64,000 bases of DNA from Eledone cirrhosa (taxonomy: Eukaryota), in NCBI GenBank assembly GCA_964016885.1, contig OZ024746.1, forward strand, positions 2,728,001 through 2,792,000. The letters are read 5' to 3'. The position numbers were made by a program, and so were the translations under genes. Below the pieces are notes generated by a model. The model was given only the letters and a program-made list of their open reading frames with translations, ran no database searches and had not been told where the DNA came from. This document shows positions 44,519 through 57,457 of this stretch, piece after piece. The first letter of the stretch is position 1; every line of letters begins with the position of its first letter.

Positions 44519-45545
44519 TTGGGTTGGTCTGAAAGTTCCCACTGTTTTTCAAAAGAAGGTAATTTGGCAGAGTTTTCTGGAAATGCTGAAGGTTGCAGAT
44601 GAACACATGTATAAGAAATGATGTTAGTATACACCATAAACATCTCATTTTATGTTTCACCATCAAAGGGAAAGCAACATGGATCTATCCAAATCACTTA
44701 TTCATGGCTATTTACTTTACAACTTCAAGTCTGGTCGAAGCACAACAGCATCGAGTCATCGCATCAACAATGCATTTGGGTCATACTCCTTGTCTGAATG
44801 CAGTACCAGGGACTGGTTCGCATGCTTCTATTCTGGTGTTTAGAGCCTTGAAGATTGACTTCATGCAGGACGTCTATCGGACTTCAATATGAGCAACTGT
44901 GTGAGCTGGTGGAAGCTGACCCATGCTAGATATCACATCAACTCTCTGAAGTGCTTGGGGCATTGTAAACAACCATCTCCAATCACTGACATGCAATAGG
45001 GAAGGTGACCAAGCTGAACCAATGGGTGACCCACAATCTCACTGACCATAATCATGAATGTTGGGCAGCAGCCGCAACTCCTCTTCTACCACCACACCAT
45101 CAACTGGTTACATTCCATTGTCACTGCTGATCAGAAATTGTTTCTACATTAATGTCAAGTGCAAGAAATCATGGGTTAAGTGAGTGCACCACGAAGGCTG
45201 GAATCCACCCTACCAAGGCTGGCATCCACCCTTCCAAGGCTGGCATCCACCCTTCCAAGGCTGGCATCCACCCTTCCAAGGCCCTAATGAGCATCTAATG
45301 TGACTGGAAGGGTGTCATCTATTATGAGCTGCTCCTGCCAAACAATTTGACAGATAAGCGGCAACAATTGCATGGGTGAGCCCACACCTCGGTCCTGTTC
45401 AATTCCTTCACAATAATGCTCGGTCACATATATCAAGGATGACCCATGACAAGCTGCTAAACCTAGGTTGGGCGGTTCTGCCTCATCCGCCATATTCGCC
45501 TGGCCTCGCACCTACAGACCATCACTATTTTCTCTAAATCAGCAA
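44519..45545 (+). pseudogene. Decayed mariner transposon (5' TIR plus transposase pseudogene)
   Basis: TIR TA|TTGGGTTGGTCTGAAAGTT. From ATG 44679: MDLSKSLIHGYLLYNFKSG...WFACFYSG (HTH), then WVTHNL (WVPHEL), IVTADQK, WKGVIYYELL, LHNNARSH and LPHPPYSPGLAPTD (YSPDLAPSD). Contains stops and frameshifts. The 3' end is lost at the TA tract. Confidence 0.9.
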
Positions 45546-45563
45546 TTTAATGCAATTATATTC

Positions 45564-45597
<34 letters not shown>

Positions 45598-45708
45598 ATA
45601 TTATATATATTATATATATATATTATATATATATATTATATATATATATATTATATATATATTATATATTATATATATATATTATATATATATATATTAT
45701 ATATATAT

Positions 45709-45752
<44 letters not shown>

Positions 45753-45837
45753 ATATATTATATATATATATATATATATATCAAACCCATGCAAGCGTGG
45801 AACACGGACGTTAAACGTTGATGATGATGATATATAT

Positions 45838-45870
<33 letters not shown>

Positions 45871-45890
45871 ATATATATTATATATATTAT

Positions 45891-46232
45891 GGAGGCACAT
45901 GGCTTAGTGGTTAGAGCATTGGCCTTGCAATCGAAAGGTTGTGAGTTCAATTCTCAGACCGGGTGATGTGTTGTTTCCTTGAGCAAGACACTTTATTTCA
46001 CATTGCTCCAGTTTACTCAGCTGTAGAAATGAGATGATAGGGACCCCAGTCCCTATCATTCCACTGTAAAAGTGGTCGTGGAGGTGCCACGGCAAAAAAG
46101 CACCCAGCCCTCGCTGTAAATGAGGTTGGTGTTAGGAAGGGCATCCAGCTGTAGAAATCAAGCCAGAATCAGTTCCCGTCCCACCCTTGCAAGCAGGGAA
46201 AAGTGGACGTAAAATGAAATGATGATGATGAT
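45891..46232 (+). mobile_element. SINE family A (copy 4)
   Basis: Full-length copy inside (TA)n. Confidence 0.93.
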
Positions 46233-46643
46233 TATATATATATATTATATATATATATTATATAATATATTATATATATTATATAATATATTATATATAT
46301 ATTATATATATTATATAATATATTATATATATTATATATATATATTATATATATTATATAATATATTATATATATTATATAATATATTATATATATTATA
46401 TATATATTATATATATATTATATATATATATTATATATATTATATATATTATATATATATTATATATATTATATATATATTATATATATATATTATATAT
46501 ATTATATATATTATATATATATATTATATTTATATATTATATATATATATATTATATATATATATATATTATATATAATATATATATATATATTATATAT
46601 AATATATATATATATTATATATATATATTATATATAATATATA

Positions 46644-46689
<46 letters not shown>

Positions 46690-47750
46690 ATATATATATT
46701 ATATATATATTATATATATATTATATATATTATATTATATATATATTATATTATATATATATTATATTATATATATTATATATATATATATTATATATAT
46801 TATATTATATATATATTATATATATTATATTATATATATATTATATATATTATATTATATATATTATATATATATATTATATTATATATATATTATATAT
46901 ATATTATATATATTATATTATATACATTATATATATATATTATATATATATATTATATTATATATTATATATATTATATTATATACATTATATATATATA
47001 TTATATATATATATTATATATATATATTATATTATATATATTATATTATATATATTATATATATATATTATATATATATATTATATATATACATTATATA
47101 TATATTATATATATATATTATATTATATATATTATATTATATATATTATATATATATATTATATATATATATTATATATATATATTATATTATATATATT
47201 ATATTATATATATTATATTATATATATTATATATATATATTATATATATATATTATATTATATATATTATATATATATATTATATATATATATATTATAT
47301 ATATATATTATATTATATATATTATATATATATATTATATATATATATATTATATATATATATTATATTATATATATTATATATATATATTATATATATA
47401 TATATTATATATATATATTATATTATATATATTATATATATATATTATATATATATATATTATATATATATTATATATATATTATATATATATTATATAT
47501 ATATTATATATATATATTATATATATATATTATATATATATATTATATATATATATTATATATATATATTATATATATATATTATATATATATATTATAT
47601 ATATATATTATATATATATATTATATATATATATTATATATATATATTATATATATATATATTATATATATATATTATATATATATATTATATATATATA
47701 TTATATATATATATTATATATATATATTATATATATATTATATATATATA

Positions 47751-47793
<43 letters not shown>

Positions 47794-47946
47794 ATTATAT
47801 ATATATATATATATTATATATATATATATATATATTATATATTATATATATATATTATATATATATATTATATATATATATTATATATATATATTATATA
47901 TATATATTATATATATATATTATATATTATATATATTATATATATA

Positions 47947-48024
<78 letters not shown>

Positions 48025-48030
48025 ATATAT

Positions 48031-48064
<34 letters not shown>

Positions 48065-49271
48065 ATTATATATATATATTATATATATATATTATATATA
48101 TATATTATATATATATATTATATATATTATATATATATATTATATATATTATATTATATATATTATATTATATATATTATATTATATATATTATATTATA
48201 TATATTATATATATTATATTATATATATTATATTATATATATTATATTATATATATATTATATATATTATATATATATATTATATATATATTATATATAT
48301 ATTATATATATATTATATATATATTATATATATATTATATATATATAATATATATATTATATATATATTATATATATTATATTATATATATATTATATAT
48401 ATATTATATATATATTATATATATATAATATATATATTATATATATATTATATATATTATATAATATATATATTATATATATATTATATATATATTATAT
48501 ATATATTATATATATATTATATATATATTATATATATATTATATATATATTATATATATATTATATATATTATATATATATTATATATATATTATATATA
48601 TATTATATATATATTATATATATATTATATATATATTATATATATATTATATATATAATATAATATAATATATAATATATATATAATATATATATAATAT
48701 ATATATAATATATATATATTATATATTATATTATATATTATATTATATATTATATATTATATATATTATATTATATTATATATATTATATTATATATATT
48801 ATATTATATATATTATATATATATTATATATATATATTATATATATATATTATATATATATATTATATTATATATATTATATATATATATTATATATATA
48901 TATATTATATATATATATTATATTATATATATTATATATATATATTATATATATATATATTATATATATATATTATATTATATATATTATATATATATAT
49001 TATATATATATATATTATATATATATTATATATATATTATATATATATTATATATATATATTATATATATATATTATATATATATATATTATATATATAT
49101 ATTATATATATATATTATATATATATATTATATATATATATTATATATATATATTATATATATATATTATATATATATATTATATATATATATATTATAT
49201 ATATATATTATATATATATATTATATATATATATTATATATATATATTATATATATATATTATATATATAT

Positions 49272-49302
<31 letters not shown>

Positions 49303-49728
49303 ATATATATATATATATTATATATATATATTATATATATATTATATATTATATATATATATTATATATATATTATATATTATATATATATATTATATAT
49401 ATATATTATATATATATATTATATATATATATTATATATATATATTATATATATATATTATATATTNNNNNNNNNNNNNNNNNNNNNNNNNNNNNNNNNN
49501 NNNNNNNNNNNNNNNNNNNNNNNNNNNNNNNNNNNNNNNNNNNNNNNNNNNNNNNNNNNNNNNNNNNNNNNNNNNNNNNNNNNNNNNNNNNNNNNNNNNN
49601 NNNNNNNNNNNNNNNNNNNNNNNNNNNNNNNNNNNNNNNNNNNNNNNNNNNNNNNNNNNNNNNNNNTATATATATATATATAATATATATATTATATAAT
49701 ATATATATATATATTTATATATATATTA

Positions 49729-49787
<59 letters not shown>

Positions 49788-49989
49788 TATATATTATATA
49801 TATATATATATATATTATATATTATATTATATATATATATATATTTATAATATATATATATATATATATAATATATATATATATATTATATATATATAAT
49901 ATATATATATTATATATATTATATATATTAATATATATTATATATATATATAGTATATATATATATAGTATAATATATATAATATATAT

Positions 49990-50031
<42 letters not shown>

Positions 50032-50096
50032 TATATTATATATATATATATAGTAATATATATATATTATATATATATATTAATATATATATATTA

Positions 50097-50137
<41 letters not shown>

Positions 50138-50176
50138 TTATAATATATATTATATATATATATATATATATAATAG

Positions 50177-50211
<35 letters not shown>

Positions 50212-50236
50212 TATTATATATATATATATAAATATA

Positions 50237-50278
<42 letters not shown>

Positions 50279-50416
50279 ATATATATATATATATTAATAT
50301 ATATTATATATATATATATATTATATATATATTATATATATTATATATATTATATAATATATATTATATATATATATATATATTATATTATATATATATA
50401 TAATATATATATATAT

Positions 50417-50447
<31 letters not shown>

Positions 50448-50453
50448 ATATAT

Positions 50454-50488
<35 letters not shown>

Positions 50489-50550
50489 TAATATATATAT
50501 ATATAATATATATATATATATAATATTATATATATATATTATATATATAT

Positions 50551-50593
<43 letters not shown>

Positions 50594-50608
50594 TATATAT
50601 ATAATATT

Positions 50609-50654
<46 letters not shown>

Positions 50655-50930
50655 ATAATATATATTATATATATATAATATATATATATATATATTATAT
50701 ATATATATATTATATATATATATATAATATATATATATATAATATATATATATTATAATATATATATATATATAATATATATATATATATATAATATATA
50801 TATATATAATATATATATATATAATATATATATATAATATATATATATATAATATATATAATATATATTATATATATATATAATATAATATATATATATA
50901 TATATAATATATATAATATATATATATTAT

Positions 50931-50976
<46 letters not shown>

Positions 50977-51063
50977 TATATATAATATATATATATATAA
51001 TATATATATATAATAATATATATATATATATTATATATATATATAATATATATATATAATATA

Positions 51064-51098
<35 letters not shown>

Positions 51099-51166
51099 AT
51101 AATATATATATATATAATATATATATATATATTATATATATATAATATTATATATATATATAATAT

Positions 51167-51228
<62 letters not shown>

Positions 51229-51230
51229 AT
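46233..51230. repeat. ~5 kb near-pure A/T satellite [(TA)nT]
   Basis: Direct inspection. Spans the assembly gap. Confidence 0.95.
49467..49666. other. Assembly gap (200 N)
   Basis: Run of exactly 200 N. Confidence 0.99.
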
Positions 51231-52151
51231 AGTACCACCAATCTCTGGAAGGGCCCTGTAGAAACAGTAGACAGCTTCTGCTACCTAGGTGACCGAATTA
51301 GCAACGGAGGTGGGTGCTCAGAAAGTACAATAACTAGGGTAAGAACGGGATGGAAGAAGTTTAGGGAACTACTACCACTGCTAGCTGCAAAAGGCTTCTC
51401 CCTCAGAATGAAAGGCAGGACTGTATGATGCGGTGTATCCGAACAGCGATGTTGCATGGTAGTGAGTCCTGGGCGCTGAAGGTGGAAGACTTACGTAGAT
51501 TAGAGAGAAACGAAGCCTGCATGCTCTGATGGATGTGTAACAGTAATATACGTGAACGACAAAGCATAAAGGAATTGAGAGAGAGACTGAGCATAAGAGG
51601 AATCAAATGCTGCGTGCAGGAGAGGCGGTTACGCTGGTATGGACATGTGATGTGTATGAAGGATGACAGCTGCATAAAAAGGTGCAGAGCACTAGAAGTT
51701 GATGGAAACCGCGGAGTGGGGAGACCCAAGATGACTTGGGATGAGTGATAAAAGCCGACCTTACCCAACTACACCTCTCAAAGTCAATGACACACGACCG
51801 TGACTTCTGGCGTCACGCAGTAATACAGGGTACTCGACCTCCATGGGTACATGCTGAAGCATATAAACAATATGCCTCCCCCCACCGCAAGGTGGTCGTG
51901 GAGGTGCCACGGCAAAAAAGCACCCAGCCCACACTGTAAAGTGGACGTGTAGGCGCCACGAAAAAGCACCCAGCACTCACTGTAAATGAGGTTGGTGTTA
52001 GGAAGGGCATCCAGCTGTAGAAATCAAGCCAGATCAGTTCCTGTATGAGCAAGGCATGGTCAGCCGACCAGACACTGCCCACAACAGGACAACCCGTCTA
52101 ACCCATGCTAGCGTGGAAGAACGGACGTAAAACGATGATGATGATGATGAT
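51231..52151 (+). pseudogene. RTE-clade LINE family A, 5'-truncated copy with complete 3' UTR and (ATG)n tail
   Basis: VETVDSFCYLGDRISNGGGC..RVRTGWKKFRELLPLL..KGFSLRMKGR...RRLRWYGHVM...GRPKMTW. Frameshifts and a TGA at 51527. The 3' UTR is shared with SINE A. Confidence 0.92.
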
Positions 52152-52336
52152 ATATATATTATATATATAATATATATATATATATATTATATTATATATA
52201 ATATATATATATTATATATATAATATATATATAATATATTATATATATAATATAATATATATATATTATTATATATAATATATATATATTAATATATATA
52301 ATATATATATATATTATATATATATAATATATATAT

Positions 52337-52397
<61 letters not shown>

Positions 52398-52516
52398 ATT
52401 ATATATATAATATATATATATATTATATATATAATATATATATATATTATATATATAATATATATATATATTAATATATATATTATATATATAATATATA
52501 TATATATTATATCTAT

Positions 52517-52767
52517 CTAAGGCGGGTAAAATTCCCGAGATCCATGGACGAGTTCTCTCCAGCGGTCTCTGTCCCTCATTATCGCTGCCATGTCCTGCGT
52601 CTCCAAAAAGTCAGCTCAAAAGTGACACAGAGGAGACTGAGGTTGGCTGGACATGCTCACCGACATCCAGAGTTGACATTGCACTCCGTGCTCCTTTGGG
52701 AGCCCCTACATGGACACACTGGAAGAGGAAGACCAAGGTTAACATATGTTGATGCCCTAAGGACAGA
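52517..52767. mobile_element. RTE-like family B copy with 5' inversion
   Basis: 52517-52606 is the 3' end on the minus strand. 52607-52767 is the upstream part on the plus strand (KVSSKVTQRRLRLAGHAHRH...GRGRPRLTYVDALRT). Confidence 0.85.
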
Positions 52768-52815
52768 TATATTATATATATAATATATATATATATTATA
52801 TATTATATATATATA

Positions 52816-52858
<43 letters not shown>

Positions 52859-53038
52859 ATATATATATTATATTATATATATATTATATATATAATATAT
52901 ATATATATTATATATATAATATATATATATATTATATATATAATATATATATATATATTATATATGAGAGAGAAGTAGAACACTGGAAGGTAATATCCGT
53001 AGTGGTAGAGCACTCCGTCCATGGGATGTACTGCAGTA

Positions 53039-53076
53039 CAAGCTGAAGATCCGCTAAGGTGAAACAATTGTTCTTG
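53039..53076 (+). ncRNA. Minimal type I hammerhead ribozyme (Penelope-type) in a ~140-bp element (52971-53109)
   Basis: CAAG-CTGAAGA-T CC gctaa GG T-GAA-ACAATTGT (palindromic stem III)-T-CTTG. The element ends AGAAGTAGAA...TTCTACTTCT are inverted repeats. Confidence 0.72.
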
Positions 53077-53123
53077 GTATGGTGAACTAACTGTTGTGTT
53101 TCTACTTCTATTATATATATATG

Positions 53124-53236
53124 TAGTGAAAGATTGAAGAATAACATGGTCGGCTGTACAAGGGTCCTTTATTTCAATACTTGAAATAAAGCCCCTTGTT
53201 GTTCAGCCAACCATGTTACTCTTCATTCTTTCACTA
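53124..53236. repeat. Fold-back palindrome (~55-bp arms)
   Basis: Centre CTTTATTTCAA tac TTGAAATAAAG. Confidence 0.85.
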
Positions 53237-53487
53237 TTATTACTCAAGTATAACCTACATAGGAATTCTCGGGAACTCACTACCTAACTATGGAAACATC
53301 TTGTTGAGTCAAACAAAGCCGTACGTTAACTGTCCAAGACACAGAGTACTCACAACCTCTAACTGGATTACCTATAACGATATATATATATATATATATA
53401 GTAATAATAATAAATTTGAAGACTAAAATCCAAAGAGGGCTCGATAAGGATAAATATATATCAAATATATAAGAACCGTAGTGCAAA

Positions 53488-53575
53488 TATTTATTAAAAT
53501 AACAGATTAAATTTTAAGCAAAGGGTTAAAGCAGCGATTCTTTGCTTAAACTTTAATCTGTTATTTTAATAAATA
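53488..53575. repeat. Inverted repeat (~36-bp arms)
   Basis: TATTTATTAAAATAACAGATTAAA..AAGCAAAG / CTTTGCTT..TTTAATCTGTTATTTTAATAAATA. Confidence 0.85.
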
Positions 53576-53615
53576 AATATATATATATATATTATATATA
53601 TATACATGTGTGTGT

Positions 53616-53796
53616 GTGTGTGAAATAAACATTAAGATAGAAGTTACATAATCATATTTATTATTATACGTATTTCTGAAGCACAAATATGGAGCTGTTG
53701 TATAATCATTACAACAGCTCTATGTTAGTGTTTCAGAAATACGTATAATAATAGATATGATTATGTAACTTCTATCTTAATGTTTATTTCACACAC
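53616..53796. repeat. Fold-back palindrome (~87-bp arms)
   Basis: GTGAAATAAACATTAAGATAGAAGTTACATAATCATA... / ...TATGATTATGTAACTTCTATCTTAATGTTTATTTCAC, centred at ~53706. Confidence 0.9.
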
Positions 53797-55199
53797 GCAC
53801 ACCAACACATATATGTATATGTATATGCATGTATATATTTTATATATATATATGTATATAAAATCATTATCATCATCATTTAACATCTGATGATGATATA
53901 TGTATATATGTATATATATACACACACGCACATATATATCTAACCCATGCTAGCATGGAAAACAGACATAAATTGTGTGTGTGTGTGTTTATAAGAAACT
54001 GTAAGAAGAAAAATGAAATGGTGTCCAGTTATCTGTGACCAAAAGCAATATAGATAAAATGTGTTTATTTTCAATTTTCCCTGTAATTGCTGTAGCAGAG
54101 TGTAAATAGGATATGAATGAACGAATGGAGTTTTTAGATAAAGAAACCTGAAAGAAAAGGTAAAAATAAATTTAAAAAATGGCAAACTTGACCTGTTAGG
54201 TGGTGCTGTTGCTCTTAACTTGCCTAAGGTATTGATTAGGGAAGTTGCAGAAAAGATTTCTTTAATGGTTCTGTTAGGAGAGTTAAAATAAATAAATAGC
54301 ACTTGGGAAGGAAATCCCATTAAAGTGTTGCTTACTGTAGCGTGTGCCATTTCCATTCCTCTACACTTGATTCTCAGCTTGTTGTTGTTTTAGTTTTCTT
54401 CTTGTTGTTGTTTTTTAGTTTTCTTCTTATTTTGTTTTGTTTTTTGTATTTTTTTGTTGTTGTTTTACTGGTGTGTTTGGTTTTCTTAATATTATTAATC
54501 AATGTATTTTGTTTAACATTATTTCGTGAAAGGGTGTTTATGTGTGTGTGCGCTTCTGTGCTTTTTTGTTTGCATGTGTGTGTTTGTGTTTGTCTATTTG
54601 TCTGTGTGTGTATGAGCTTTTATGTTTGTCTGTGTGTCTGTGTGTGTGTGCTTGTGTTTGTCTGTGTGCATGTGCACATGTTTACATGCATGTGTGTGTG
54701 TGTGTTATTTGTGTACAAACTTTACTATGATTTTCCCTCAATTGTATATAGTGAAAAAAAAAAAATTAGTTCTTTCTTAAATGATATTTTAGTCTGAAGA
54801 TGTATTGCAAGTTAACCTTTCCTTGACATTACCAAATATGTTATATTTTATTTATTTTTAATGGGAAATTTGTCACTTTTTTTCTGTTGTTTTATTGGTT
54901 TTGTGAAAACTCTTTTTTTCTGTTTCCTTAATCAGTAAATTTAATACTTTGGATAATTGTGGAGATTTTTTTAAATGTTTCTCAGTGGGAATGGGTATCA
55001 ATATAACATTTTCGAGATTGTTTTCTCTGGTGAATTCTATTACACTGAAACTACTACCACCATGGTTTCACAAATTCCAAATTTAAATGGTTTATTTATT
55101 AAAATTTATTGAAAATACTTCATGTTATTGAGTCATGTACTTGAAATAACATAAATGAATTATTAAAAGGCAGTAAGGTGACCCTTACCTATGGTAATG

Positions 55200-55605
55200 A
55201 ATCTTAGGTAATGACTGAAATAATACGATTCCGAATACAAGCAACCAAAATGGGGTTCCTTTGTAGGGTCTTTGGAGTAATGTTACTCGATAGAGTATGT
55301 AGTGCAAAGATCAGAGTCACTCCCGGTAGAGCTGTTACTTCTCAGAATTGAGAGATCACAGCTGTAATACTATGGTTAGGATGTTTCAGGACAGAATCGC
55401 TGAACAGATTTTACGGGCTAAACCAGTTGGTAGGAGACCCAGAGGTAGACTCTGAGTAAAGATAGTTGGATATCATCCATGAGCTTGGCTGGTTTCGCTT
55501 GGGGATCCAGCTGGTCAGTTGGAGATGGTTGCTTCTGATAGGGCCCACTAGAAGTGTTTGAGGATTCCTCCCCCATGACCCTCTCAGAAATAAGTGGGCA
55601 AAAAA
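55200..55605 (+). pseudogene. RTE-like LINE family C, ORF C-terminus and 3' end
   Basis: VELLLLRIERSQL*YYG..RMFQDRIAEQILRAKPVGRRPRGR, an RTE/Expander-like C-terminus. Confidence 0.75.
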
Positions 55606-56981
55606 GTATGCTTCTGGTATTTGTTAAACTGCAATATTGTTTATAAGGGACATATCACCTCAAGCTTTATAAATGGTGTTGATATGACATTTGTGGCAAT
55701 TGGCATACATTGAGACATAGGCTTCCTTACAGTTTCCATCTACCAATGTACTAAAAAGTCATTGAAACTAATTAATGTCCCCAAAAATCACTTGGATATT
55801 TCTTTTACTAGTTTCAGTTATTGCACAATGACTAGGTTTGGACATTGTCGTCAATGAAACATTTACATATATTTTTACAAGTAATTAACAGAATTTCCAT
55901 AGTAGTAAATTTTGACTACATGACCACCTAATCAGAAAGTTGGCTTAATCTCAGTGGTTATGTTTCTAGATTCAGTTGTCAAGGTGATTTATGTGGCAAG
56001 TTGAAATAATTTAGCAGAAAAGTTGTTTGAACTTTAGTTGTTTTTTAATCATTTGACAGTAGCTACAAATTTTAAATGTTATTTCTGCTGCACTGGTTTC
56101 CAAGTTCTAAATTTAAAGAACTTGCCAACCCCTTGTAAACATTGAGGAGCAAGACAACTAGTAAGCATGTAATGTGTTTCTTTTTTAATGGTTTCATAGA
56201 AAGGCTCTTTTTTTTGTTTGTCTGTTTAAATAATAAGAATCTCAGTGATAATTGTTAGTATACTGGACTAATCACTTAAGTCTACTTAAATCTACTCTGG
56301 GATATTGTTGGCAGGAAATTCATACAGTATAATAAGTGATCTGTAGCACTTCCGAACTGACACACTCTTCTTGTCACCCTTACTGTATTTCACTCCACCT
56401 TCCAGACCCCACTCTCCAATACCTGTTCCCCTCAGGGCCACACACCCTGTCACCCATGAGGAATGACATATATGGCAAAGTAGACAACATAAAATTGAGT
56501 TTAGTACAATCAAGTTGAATCTTGAATTAATATTTGGTTGTCAGATATTTAGTATCCACTATTGGAATTAGAACTTTGAATGGTTGTGATAATAAACATG
56601 GATTATTCAGAGCCAGCTTGACCCATCCCAGGGGAACACCAATACATGTTCAAGTACTTCCTCCCAACACTGTGTCAATCTTCTTGAATTCCATGTCTAC
56701 TTTTCTTTGTAGTCAACTGAGATGTTGAAACTAAAGATCAATACTATTGATCTTATCAATTAAAGATGGCAGTTCTGTGGAAATCATAGTAACAGCCCTT
56801 CTTCCTCACTATGTTGTACAAACAAAATTACTTGCAGCTGAACTGAGACTGAGGGGAGGGGTCATCCAAGGCTTATTGAAACAAATATAGGTTCTTGTCT
56901 GATACTGGTATGGTTGCTTGTTGGTCCTTTCCTGGTGCCGAGGACTTGAACTGAGAACTGTATACTAATAAAACAACCAAT

Positions 56982-57186
56982 CATCATCATCATCGCCGTT
57001 TTACGTCCGTTCTTCCACGCTAGCATGGGTTAGACGGGTTATCCTGTTGTGGGCAGTAACCAGTTGGCTGACCATGCCTTGCTCATACGGGAACTGATTC
57101 TGGCTTGATTTCTACAGCTGGATGCCCTTCCTAACACCAACCTCATTTACAGTGAGTGCTGGGTGCTTTTATTCTGTGGCGCCTAC
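56982..57186 (-). mobile_element. 5'-truncated RTE family A 3' UTR with TSD
   Basis: Reverse complement of ~51948-52140. ACCAAT is duplicated at 56976-56981 and 57187-57192. Confidence 0.85.
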
Positions 57187-57457
57187 ACCAATGGTTATAT
57201 AATATAACTGCTCCTTACAACAGTCAGTTGTATTTCTCTACTCACAATACCTATTTACAACTTGGTAGGCTGAGCTAGTTAATGTGTTTCAGCCAAAGAG
57301 TGAGCACTTTACCTGTGAGGTGGTACCAACAGTTAAGTTATTATAGGCCAGTACTCTGACACTTTAACTTGCAGTGCTCTGCTTCTGTACTTTCATATCT
57401 TGCTTGATGTAATAAACCTTGTATATTTAGAAATTTCATATTTTCTGAACCATTCAT

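Noticed and set aside
54180-54290. Short protein-like frame (GKLDLLGGAVALNLPKVL...)
   Set aside because: No recognisable domain and no convincing splice boundaries.
56734-56754. 10-bp-arm palindrome AAGATCAATA-C-TATTGATCTT
   Set aside because: Short and AT-rich, so plausible by chance.
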